This document shows positions 1-11,009 of a DNA stretch of 64,000 bases, piece by piece (the stretch's first letter is position 1; each line of letters opens with the position of its first letter). The stretch spans positions 372,001 through 436,000 of the forward strand of contig JAYWIR010000002.1 in NCBI GenBank assembly GCA_036172245.1. The letters are read 5' to 3'. Position numbers and translations under genes: made by a program. The DNA comes from Raillietiella orientalis (lineage: Eukaryota). Below the pieces are notes generated by a model. That model ran no database searches, was not told the DNA's origin, and saw only the letters and a program-made list of their open reading frames with translations.

Positions 1-139
1 TTGCCGACATCCAGCCCCGGTTTTAAGAAAGTTGGGAACAGCAGACACTGGCGACCCCTGCCTTTATTTATTTATTTTTTTATTTTTTTCTCGGAGTACA
101 CGGACTTTGCAAGGAATTTAGAAACGTCCCGCTTCACGC

Positions 140-1960
140 TCTCATCGATAAAATCCCTTCCATTCACCTCGTGACGACTCTTCGAGATCACTTCGACCAA
201 TCGCACACGAAGAAGCAATCGGAGTCACGCATAATTCGGCTGCGTCTTTCCTGTCAGCTGACACGTTCTTCATCTGGAGCGGCTGAGTGCCCTCCTCCAA
301 GATAGGCAGCCTGCCGCCTCCCGGAAGCTGACGAACCTGGTCGCTTCGAACTTGCGACGGAGTGGTGCATGCTCCAAAAACCCATCCTCTGAGGCATCCA
401 ACCGCCCAGCGGGCTTCGAACCCTTCATGACACAGGACTCGGCAGTACGGGTCGTGCTCCACGAATGACTGGTCAGAAAAAGACTCCAAAGGTTCAGTGA
501 TCAGGGTCCACCGCTGGAAGAGGATCCAGGAAGGTCCGCGAACGGAGTCGGCGGGAGGGAGTTCGACCCTCCGGCACCCGGCGAAGAGGCCTCAGCAACG
601 CGCCTCGAAGAACCTCCGAGGAAGACACGTTCTCCTGCGAAGGAACGCCGCTCGTCCGCACCTTTCGGCGCACAGATGTGGGAACCCAACCCTCTCCACC
701 AACTAGCGGTCCCGATCAAGGGAAGCGCGCGTCTTGCGCGGAGATGCAGCGCCTCGAGCATTCCTCTTCGACGGCGGGCCTCACTCACGCGGCACCGCTC
801 AGCCCCAGAATGTGTCGCCCACCGGGAACAGCGTAGTCCCTTCAACGCTCAGGACGCGTCGAAGGGGCACGGCGCTCGCGCGCACCCTGAGCCCCCAGCA
901 TCCCATCTTGCGGGCGCTCGACGAGACCGGAGCTGGTGGCCCGCAGCCAGCCCGCTTCCGCTTGGACCGTCCAGGAATCACTGCTAGACCCGCTGTTCTG
1001 AGGATTCCGCGATCCTGTTCGGATCTACTACCCGTACTCTGCCCAAACTCCCGTAGATTCCTGGGGCAGCATTGGCGAACCAGCTCGCGCTGTTCTCTCT
1101 CTCCCTCCGTGGTTCCTCTCCAGACGCGGTGGCCGATTTTTCCAAATGGTAAAGAATCCTCCAGAGTGGCCATCTGGTTTCGCTTTCTTAGCACCAAACC
1201 CGGCTCACTTTTGAGCCAGCTCCTTCAAGGAGTTGTAGAAGAAAATTGGAAGACCTTCGCTATTCTTTGAGGAAAAATATGTGGCGATTGCAGGGATGGT
1301 CAGCGGACGAATATGGGTCAGGTTGATAGTAAAAGGTTGAGGAAGTGTAATGATGGACATCAATGAGAGGTTCGACGGTAAGGAGTTGGGTGATACGGGT
1401 CAGTGCGGTAGGGGAGCTATTTGATGGACGGTGAATGGGCTGGGGTGAAGGAGATACGATATTTTGGGGTCGTCAATGTAAAACGCAAGGGCGGGATTAT
1501 TTATAGAATAATTCTTCTCTACAATAGTAGAGAAGAATTATCTCATAGTGTACTTTATTATTTGTTACCCAAGACGGATTATTTTAGATTAATAGAAGCT
1601 GGGATTCCTGGATTGGGTACAAATGAATTCCTTAGTTTGGTTTAGGGGCTGCTGGTCCCAGAATCCGAAAGGGGTGGAATGTTCAATTCTGTGTTGAGTG
1701 GTTCGATTAGAAATCCAGTTCGTTTCCCTTATTTCTTCTTCATCCTCCCTATTTTTCACCCCCCTCCCCTTCCCCGACACAATAAAGTGCCTCCTCATCC
1801 GAGCAGTGCCATCTCCTTTCCCATCCACGTGCACCTTCTTTAATTCTTTTTCCTTCCTTCCTACCCCCTTTCATCCCGACTCTGTTTCCTGCCTTTTGTG
1901 AACAGCACAGCCAGTAGTGACCAATCGTGTCCTCGCAACCAGATGCTCCTTCACTATGGA
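140..1960 (-). mobile_element. Possible LTR (~1280-1955) plus decayed gag-like sequence
   Basis: Segment ends ...CGCCACA at 1280 on minus with AATAAA near 1555, followed by an ORF starting VLRKRNQMAT and GC-rich broken ORFs. Confidence 0.25.
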
Positions 1961-2962
1961 AACCAACTCTTTTTTTTTTTTTCAAAAACAAGAAACCTGT
2001 AAAGTCCTCAAGGGGATTTCGTTGCTATTGGCCAAGGATGATGGAAATCTTCTTCAGTTCTGCATTTGCTGCTTCCCTCCAGCTTTTGGGGGGGGGGGGA
2101 GGGGGGCGCCAAAGTGCTGCAGAACCGTTCGCCTAGGGTGGTGCTTCCCAAAGGGGGCGATACCGCCTCCTAGTGAGCACTGGAACGATTCAGGGGGGGG
2201 GGGGGGCGTTAGTAGCCTCAAGTGCAATTGGAGGGCGATGAATAAAAATGGGGAAGGGGGGATGGGGGTGGAAGAATCAAGAAAGAGGAGAAAAGAAAAT
2301 TTTAAAAAACCGTCCGTACAATTTTCATCCGTTGTGTACCATGGGAATTCATAGGATGCGGTACTTTGCTTCCCAAACAAACACACAAAATGCAAGTTGT
2401 AATCGGCCCGTGGTCAAGTCTGCCGACGAGTCTCGTCGAGCACGTGTTTGTAGACGAGCGTGTCGCACACTGTGGAAAATCCGACATGCATCTGAGGGAA
2501 CATATGCGTGCCATTACTTGTTTGCAATACGGCAATATTAATAAGTGAAATTGGGAATCAAATTTAGAGTGTTTCTGAGATGTGTGAGAAGCAGTAAAAA
2601 ATAGTGCAAGTGCATTAATTTTTAAAATAGTTTTGATAAAACGGTAAGTTACACGTGAGAGTGTATGCACATTTGCTTACATATCTACTATAGATTTCTG
2701 TGTCTTCTAGTGTTTACTAATAATAAAATTGTAGCAGGCTTGTGTTGGTACAATACTTTTTGAAATATACAGTTGATATATTCGTCAAATTTTTCATTAC
2801 AATATTAACGAAAACAGGAGAACGATATCGTAAAAAAAAAAACTGTTAACCATTAACATTTATTAACATTTCATTTCTATCGAATCATTTGTGTTAATTG
2901 GTCAATAAGGCGTGTGTTAATAGAGGAAAAAAACATTTCAATAAGAGGAAACTAAATAAAAT

Positions 2963-3286
2963 ATCGGAAGCGTCTCTTCTGGGTTCTCTTCAGAGGAGTA
3001 AACAGGAGCGGATTCCTTTCAGGGGATCCCTACGGAGAAGAAGGAATGGAGAGGACTCCCCCGGGGATCCTCCAATGAGAATAAGGAAGGAGGATTCCCT
3101 TCTGGATTCCCCCTCGGAGACAACCAGCGTGGAGGTGATCTCCGTTTCCGGGGATCCCTCCCAGGCGTGAAAGGAACGGACTCCGAGCCCTTCCTGGATT
3201 CATAGGGCGGACCCCTCCCGGGGTACCCCCTATCTTGAAGAATACCCACCCTCGGATGGAACCGTGTCGAAGAACTGCGAAGACAG
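2963..3286 (-). repeat. Repeat family A copy 2 (partial), inside the Buster element
   Basis: GC-rich island in AT-rich Buster sequence. Shares TTCCC-N-CGGAGA subrepeats, GAGACAACCA and ATCCCTCCCAGG with 29570-29820 and 38420-38740. Confidence 0.75.
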
Positions 3287-3609
3287 AAAATTGTAAATAA
3301 CTGATTTCAAATTGCATATTGATGTATTTATTAAGGTTATTGTTTCTTGATTTTATTATATTGACAGTTTAATATCAATCGCATATCAATGCTAAGCAAA
3401 GAACAAAACCCAGTTTCTTGGTTTCATTAGTGTTTTAGTTTTACGCAAGAACCACTGTATAGTACACCTAATTTGGCTCTGGCGAGGGAAAATGAATTGA
3501 ATTGAAATAATTGCACTTATGCAATTGCACAACCTGTTGTATTACTTGATAATTTCCTACCCCTATTATGATTTATAAACAAGTCAATGCTACTTTTTTT
3601 TTTTTACAG

Positions 3610-5339
3610 ATGATATCACGGCAAAACCTAAGAAAAAACGTAGGCAATATAATATTGAATATTCCAAGTATGGATTTATCCATTCTCCTACAAACAGTAC
3701 ATTACCGACGTACTTGATCTGCGAAAAAGTTCAATCAAATGAAGCCTTCAAGACCACAAGGACACGTGACAAAAGTTCATGCTGATAAGAAAGATGAGGA
3801 TTTTTCTTATTTTCAAGCAATTAAAGAAAACAGGCAGCCGACGTTGGAACAACTCTTTTCAATAGCATCCAAACAAGATGGATTACGTGCTTCTTACAAC
3901 ATTTCTTTAGGGATTTGCTAATTCGGGAAAACCACACGCTATTGAAGAAGAACTCATTCTTCCAGCTACAAGTGAGGTGATGCGTACTATGCTACACAGG
4001 CCAGCATCTGGCATTGCCAAGGAAATTTCTTTGAGCAATAATACAGAGCAAAGAAGAATTGATGAAATGGCTCAAAGACTCGTTATGTGAGTACTTAAAA
4101 ACATCGCAGTCCCCTATACAGCTTGATGAGCCAACTTTGCCAGGAAATGAACCCTTACTTTTAGCATACATGCGATCCATAAGGGAAGAAAAAATTTGCC
4201 AAGAATTATTATTTGCTGAAAATTTGCAAGCTGATACTAAAGGAGAATCGATATATCAGACATTGCAAGAGTTTTTTAAAGACCACGAAATCCCCCCTGG
4301 GTAATATCTTGTCAGTTGCTACTGATGGTGCTCCAGCGATGATAGGGCGCTACAGAGGTTTTCTTGCATATTTAAAAACAACGGTACCGAATGCAACTGC
4401 TGCACACTGTGTCATTCATCGTCAATGTTTAGTTGCCAAAAATCTGAGCGATCGCCTAAATAGGTCATTAATATTATATCATGTCATTAAAGCAATCAAC
4501 AAAATCAGGAGCAATCCTTTGAATGATAGAATGCTTTGTATTGAAAACGATGAAGACTCCAATCGGTTGCTGCTTCATGCAGAAGTTCGTTGGCGATCAA
4601 AAGGTGTGGATCAAAAGCCGTTTGGATCGGTTTTATAAACCCTCTGGATCTGTGCTCGAGTTCCTAGAAAACCACGATAATGCATTACGAGCCAAATTGA
4701 TTGAATCCAAAAATGCCATAGATTATTTGATAGACTTGTTTAACCAATTTAATGGAACAAATCTACAGCTCCGAGGCGATGAGCTGAACTCAATGAAAAC
4801 AAAAACTGTTTTGGTTCCCGGTTTGTGGCAAAACTTCTTCTGTACAAACGAAATGTAGGACGTGGGGAATTCATCCAGTTTCCAAATTCATCAGGAAAAC
4901 ACGGTGAAGACTTGTTTGCCTATTGTCAGCACTTAGAGCCTCTCCATCTTTGAAGCAAAGATTTGAAGATATTCTTAAGATAAACACACTTTACTGGATT
5001 TTGGATCCCTTTTCAAGTACCAATACAGAAGAATCTCCAAAATTACAAGAAGAACTGATAGAACTAACAACAAATGATGAATTGAGATTTAAATTCAAAG
5101 AGGGCTACCAACAGTTCCGGCTGCAAAAGCAGGCACCTACACTTTATCCTGGATGACATGCCATACCACAAAAGTTTTTCGTTGCATTTCCTTCGTCATA
5201 TTCAGTGGAACGTGGGGTTAGTGCGGTCCCAAATCTGTTAGCCAAAAAAGAAAACCGACTGCAAATAACGAACCGCGGTGATTTACGGATGGAGCTGACC
5301 AATATGGAGCCGAATGTCAACAAATTGATGAAAGCATGA
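3610..5339 (+). pseudogene. Buster-type hAT transposase pseudogene (ZBED5/ZBED8/SCAND3-like)
   Basis: Frameshifted fragments KKKRRQYNIEY, MKPSR, IQLDEPT, ATDGAPAMIG, HCVIHRQCL, LLLHAEVRW, and C-terminal FPSSYSVERG. Confidence 0.9.
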
Positions 5340-6499
5340 AAGAAGGATGAAGAAGAGCACCAGCTTCAGCCTTCTCATTAGGGTTATTTTTCACTTTATT
5401 CGTGATTTTTGTTCTAATGTCATCCTTCGTTATCGTAATTTTCTCTGTGTAATGCAAATGTTGCTATGGTCGATTTCAATAAATAATTTAAGCTTCAACA
5501 TGTTTTATTTTCAACAGTATCTTTCCTTACTATGTTGCAGGACGTGGATAGAGGAAATATAGATACATGTAATAACGCAAATTCGTCACTGCATCTTTTT
5601 GCTTGTTCATTTAAAGAAGGTACGTTTTCAGAGGGGTTTCTGGGTAATTTTTTTATCTGCAAGAGGGTCGGTAGGCAAAATAAGTTTGGGAAGCACTGAC
5701 CTAGGGGCTCACGAAGCTCTTGAACGACTGTTCACCCCACCCGAGGGTGAATGTCACTCCTCAATTTAGGGAGCGACCCTGGACGGACCACCTTATAAAT
5801 ACAGGAAGGCTCCAGAGGAAGCAGTCGTTCCTCTCGCGCTTAGGAGGGAAACCCGAAATGAACCTCTTCCCTATTCTCTCCGAAGGGACTTCCCTGAGCA
5901 AGCCTCTCCTCGTTTCTTCTCCGAAGGGAACTCGGAAAGGAGGTACTCCAGGAATTTCTTCGGAAGAACCCTCCGGAAAGGATTCGTTCTTTGTTTACTC
6001 CTCTGAAGGGCGGCTTTTCGAAGGGAGCAGCGCGCCTCTGACCCTCTGGAGATGTATCGACCAGCACCATGCATGGCACACGATGGAGGCTCCCCCCCTC
6101 CCTTGAAGGGAAAGAGAGCTCCATTTTCGCAGACAGAGGGGAACCCCAAAAGGCTGCTTGATTTCTGGAAGGACCCCGGGGGGTCGACTCCCAATCCCGG
6201 CTGCTTACACCAGTGCCACACCTGGATAGGCAATCAGCGTCATCCTGAGGGGTAAAATGGGGGAGAACTCGAAACCCACTTCTCGTAGTGGATCCTCCAT
6301 GTGGGAATTCGAACCCTCAACGGTTGGTGCCAGGCGTGGCGACCACAGCCACGAGACTGCCAATGTGGACCAACTCTTGTTAGGGCTCCGTTCAAGAGGT
6401 TCATCGTTTGAAAAGGATCGACAAAAAATGACAAGAGGATTCTGATCAAAAGACTGCTGAATGCATTTCCTCGGAGTCCCAGTCATGGATCTGTCCACG

Positions 6500-9050
6500 T
6501 CGTCGTAGAGGTTCGTTTCGTTCAGAGCAGCACCTTGAGCTTTGGTCCAGAAAACAAGGACGTTACCACCTTGGAAAAAGTCGCTTTGCATTTCTCATGT
6601 GGGTTACATTTCTCCTCCAGGAGCCTACAGGCAGAAGTCAGAGAAAGGGTAGTAGACTCCGAATGAACCACCAGCCACCAGCCGGAGGAAGGAGCTATAG
6701 CTGGACAGTGCTCCGTATTTCCTTCTCCTCTACTCATCTGATGTGAGACTCTTCAGAGCATTTCTGCCTCGCAACGAGGACATCGTGGAACAGAGAGGCC
6801 ACAGCACAAACGAAATCGCCTCTCAACTTCCACCGAAAAGTCATCTTGCATCCTCAGCTCGAGATACTATGATTTGCGGACTTTTGTGGTACAGTCTGTG
6901 GCTGGTCGGTGTGGTTTGATGCGAGCCGAATTCCGAATTCTCCGCTTCCTCTCCTTTCGTAGTGACCTTTTCCTTCCACGTGTTCCGACCGAATCCGCGA
7001 CCGTCAGCGAATTCGCGGGCCAAACTGACCCAAGCTTGAAACTGAAGCCCACTTCACGCCAGATTTTAGATGACTCGTGATGTGCCCGAAGGTCTGTGAT
7101 TTTGGGGAGTTCTCTCCCTCTGCTGAAATCTTGGACAGAGGCAAGCGTGGTGGAAGGGGGGAAAGGAAATACGACGCAAATAACCTGAGCTTGCTGGTGG
7201 TACGACTCACCACTCCGAGCAAGTGCCTGAGAAAGAAACACGTATTTCTTCTTCCTCCTGGGTGACCTTCAGCAACTTCTCGCGTGATCAGGGAGAAACC
7301 ATATTTCACAAGGGAAAATGAGGAAGAATGAGCTGATGGAAGAGAAAATCATCTTCAACCCTTTGGGTGCGGAGCTCATCTGATTCAAGCGTTCCGTGCC
7401 GCCGGCACGCGAGTCGCAGTTGGACGGAACGCTTTTTCGCGTGCTCTATCGAGGCACCGACTGACGCTACATAAAGTTCTGATTGAAGTTACCATTACAA
7501 TTGTTTATTTACACCGCATTAAATAGAATATTTTAATGAATGAATCCTTTCCCCAGCGTACATCATTTATTTACAAATTGTGATTCCAACAGAATCAATA
7601 ATTCTTCTGGGTGTGGTACAATATAATGAATCATATACGACACGACCACAGTATTGTGCTATTCTCGGCTTTTCAGAGGTCGCTCCCCGAAAAACCGAGA
7701 ATAGGTAGCCGATGTACACAGAATTCTGTTTACTGTCGCTGCTAAGGGAATTATAAGAACGTAAGTGTGTGCATCCATCTCAAGCATTGATAGTGTCAAC
7801 TTATGTCGCGTGTATAAGGTAAAAAAAAAAACACTTACCAAACGCATATGTGAGTCCATAGTCCACGCCGATAATTTTCGACGAACACACATTTGCGTCC
7901 ACAGCGGTTTTCGTCGGATGCATCTATGCGACCATAGCATTCAAAGGGTTGAGGAAATCTGAAGGAGGAAGAGGAAGGATGCTTGCAACAGAGGGTGATC
8001 AGAAGAAACGTCTTCAAAGTGTTGGTTATTGCCGAAGGCGAGAGATAAGAACTTGTCGTTTCGGGATGAAAATTCTACCTACCAGTGAACCGTACTCAAA
8101 GACTGTAGCCGAAGAACTTTGAACTTTCTGCAACTGCCAGTTCGCATGACGTGAACATCTTCCTGAACTTCCTGGAACAGCTCCACAGCTAGCCAATGTA
8201 ATCCGTGGGAATCCATAGGAAAAGGCCTCGAGCTTTGGAGGAAGAAAAAATATGGATTTGTCGAGCTGGGAAGCGAACGGGGTAGAATTTCCCTCTTTTC
8301 TCACAGGCGCGGCGCCTTCGAAGCTGACCCATAAAAGCTGAACTCCCTGAACTCAGTTACTAGTCCTTCAAGCTCAGGAATCGAAAGATCAGAGAGCAAT
8401 CAAAATGAAGCAGAGCAGGCAGGGGTGGGGAGGACTTGCTGTTCAGCTGGAGGGGGAAAAACAGGATATTAAAGAGAACGTAAGAGGTCCTTAGAAAGCA
8501 CGGAGCGAACGAATGACCCTGCACATCACGCTGTTCGGCCAGGCTAGTCGACTTTAGGTCGATCCACCGGGTCAATCTTCGACAGTCGCCCAAAGCAACT
8601 CGGGAAGAGGAAATTCCGGAAGCTCGCGTCGTTCTAAGGGCAGTTGCGCTGAGCTTTTCATTCACACGAAACAGGTTGCTGCTTTCCCCTCAGGGGCATG
8701 CGACGTGTGACACGGATTTATCTGGAAGCGTCATATAACAATCTTCAAGCGAATCGTACCTGTCCGTTATGAGCACCGAACCCACATTTCGACATAAAGC
8801 TCAGAAAAATTTAAATCTCACCTAAAGGCCGAAGCGTCATTTGGAAACCAGGAGCAAAAGGGGATGGCATCCTTGGCGAGTCTCGGAATCCTCGTGGAAA
8901 CTCTTAGTGCAGAGCACGAGAAGTTCAGAATGAGCTTCAACTCCTCAACGGACTCCTAGATGCTTCCAGGCTATATCATCTCCACTAGAAGCTCCTTTGC
9001 TTGGAATGATTTTTGTCTCGTTCGGGAATTCATACCCGTTCTCTCCAGGA
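6500..9050 (-). mobile_element. Decayed LTR-retrotransposon gag-like remnant, interrupted by MITE copy 1
   Basis: ESVEELKLIL..SC near 8950 (retrotransposon gag motif) and a Cys-knuckle-like CCGLSVPRCP near 6780; many stops. Confidence 0.35.
7359..7948. mobile_element. piggyBac-type MITE copy 1 (590 bp)
   Basis: Termini CCCTTTGGGTGC...GCATTCAAAGGG flanked by TCAA/TTGA (degenerate TTAA). Near-identical to 35725-36281; no coding capacity. Confidence 0.8.
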
Positions 9051-9109
9051 TGTCTATTTATAGCCATTGATCGCAGTCAAAGGGAGAGAAGTGATTGCTT
9101 TTAAGTACT

Positions 9110-10100
9110 ATATTTATGAATCAATAAACATGTACAGTAACCTTATAGTCGAGCAGGGAAGAGCGTATATCATTACAGCGACACCGGAGTCTCTGCGGGG
9201 ACTGGGAAGGGAAGAGAACCTGGTGACCTTCAGATGATCTCCCCTAGATCTTCGCGGTCTTCTGTCTCCAGATTTGTTTCCATCTTCGAGATGTGCCAAG
9301 TCGTACATCTGTACATCTGGAGTCCGTCTTTGTGGATTTGGAGGTGCATCCAGCCTCCACAGTCGCCCGTACAAGGCAGACGACGGTTGCGTGTGCGGTT
9401 TTGGTTGATTCGCTTGCTCGGAAGAATTCCGACTGGTCAGGTCCTTGGAGACCACATACAAGAGGGACAGATTGCGCGCCACTCGTCGCCACCCGTGTTG
9501 GAGGCACTGGCCTTCCGTAAGAAGGTGAGGGAACGTTTCTCTTCTCCCGCATCCCTTGGGGTGGGGACCTACTTTTCCCAGCGACACGTGTGGATAAGTC
9601 CTAGGGCATTACTGAGACCAAAAGGTGTTGGACTTTCGCAGGAATCCTCCAGGGTTCCTGAAAATGGGAAGGACTTCCCTCGAACTTTCGGGTCCAGGTG
9701 GGTCGCCCGCCGTCCCAATCCCTTGGCTTTGGACACTTTCCTTGGAGGAGCTGACTGGGTTTGCAGCTCTCCGGAGGTTCCTCCTTCCCAGCCGTGTGAA
9801 AGATGGTGCCCCAAGTAAGGCCCGCAGCATCCTGGAAAGGTGCGCGCGCCTGCCATCCTGACTCTTGCCTTTGCTGCTTTCTCCGCTCCCGTAGTATTCA
9901 TACCTCTGGTTTCTCGGAGGGGTCGTGCTTCCTCTCTGGCTGTTTGCATCCAGAGTTTTGCTGAAGACGTCTTCCAGGAGCGATTGCCGTCCGCATGACA
10001 ACGCTGCTCCTGATGCTTGCCGAGAGCACCGGCCATCTCTTTGAGAGGGACGATAGGTTTCCCTCTGGTGCGAGCAGACTCAGCTGCAAGTCAGCGAAGC
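9110..10100 (-). mobile_element. 5'-truncated L1/Tx1-like LINE, diverged copy
   Basis: GCGRRETFPHLLTEGQC..WRRVA finger remnant. Terminal motif TTTAT..AATAAACAT at 9114-9131 resembles 32858-32880 and 37268-37290. Confidence 0.55.
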
Positions 10101-10958
10101 TTTGAGGACTGCAGATCCCTGCTGAAGCATCCTCCGTACGGCATCACGCACATGAACCCCCGGAAACTCAGGAAGCGTCCCTAGTAGGCAGAACGGATGG
10201 GCACGAACACACTTGGATGAAATGATCCTGGTCTCCCCCAACTCTGTTAAACTCTATCAAGAGGCGTTCTGTGGGAGGGTGCCCCACGAGCCGACCTAGG
10301 AGAAATCCGGCAGACGATATAGGGCTGGCAGCTGAAGGTGCGGGTAGAACTTTTGATCTGAAGAGGAGCCTCCGATCTATTTTGAAAATAAAGAAATAAA
10401 CAGGAAAAGAAAGGATGACTTCTAAAATCTTCAGTTGAAGTTGGCTCCAAGCAATACAGAATGGGAAATCAGAGAGATTGAAGCCTGAAAGATTCTGATG
10501 TCATCTATTAGCAATCCCGGACACGATGAGGTCATGAAGCGGACACATTCGTAGAACGTTCATAAGTCACTGGCTGTGGTGCGCTTCCCGTATGTACGTA
10601 ATCTGTACTCTTACATACTCACTACGAAGTACGGTTAATGGAGCATACTAAAAATCAGTAGAAATTCTTATTTTAGGATGATTCGCAGCAAATCGAAATT
10701 TTTCCATCTAGACATATTCTATACAATTGTAGAATATACTTCAGGTTCTTCTCTTCTGGATGAGGGAATAAAAATCTTACAACTTGATGCTCAAGTGATA
10801 GGACACTGGTACTTGTGATCGATGCTCGATTGCCTAAAGCCTATTCAGTTCAAATCAGTCCCAATCAGTTTTATAGAGGATGTAGCAAATGGAACTAGCG
10901 TCTCTACGAAATACTTTTCAATGCATTGGACATATAAATTCCCGATTTTAACGAGGTG

Positions 10959-10961
<3 letters not shown>

Positions 10962-11007
<46 letters not shown>
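10962..11007. repeat. Poly(T) run, 46 nt
   Basis: Read directly; followed by AGGC and an A12 run. Confidence 0.95.

Positions 11008-11009
<2 letters not shown>

Larger units (their letters stand above)
2139..5698 (+). mobile_element. hAT (Buster/Charlie-type) DNA transposon, both ends present, transposase decayed
   Basis: Left end TGGTGCTTCCCAAA (2139) and right end TTTGGGAAGCACTG (5698). 8-bp TSD GCCTAGGG (2131-2138) / ACCTAGGG (5699-5706) with the central TA typical of Buster. Confidence 0.9.
2107..6362 (+). repeat. Repeat family A copy 1 (LTR-like), split by the Buster element into 2107-2138 and 5707-6362
   Basis: Joining the two sides of the Buster TSD gives sequence colinear with the reverse complement of 38200-38860. 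G-tract (PPT-like) at 2088-2106, TATAAATA near 5794, antisense tRNA-like segment at 6286-6360. Confidence 0.7.

Noticed and set aside
30..60. GGCGACCCCTG resembling a DNA-transposon right TIR
   Set aside because: The partner end would be outside the window; cannot be verified.
2960..3170. CRISPR-like repeat/spacer pattern
   Set aside because: Repeats are degenerate and irregularly spaced, there are no cas genes, and the context is eukaryotic.
7659..7940. Duplicated 82-93 aa ORF (also 36025-36273)
   Set aside because: Chance frame inside the non-coding MITE.
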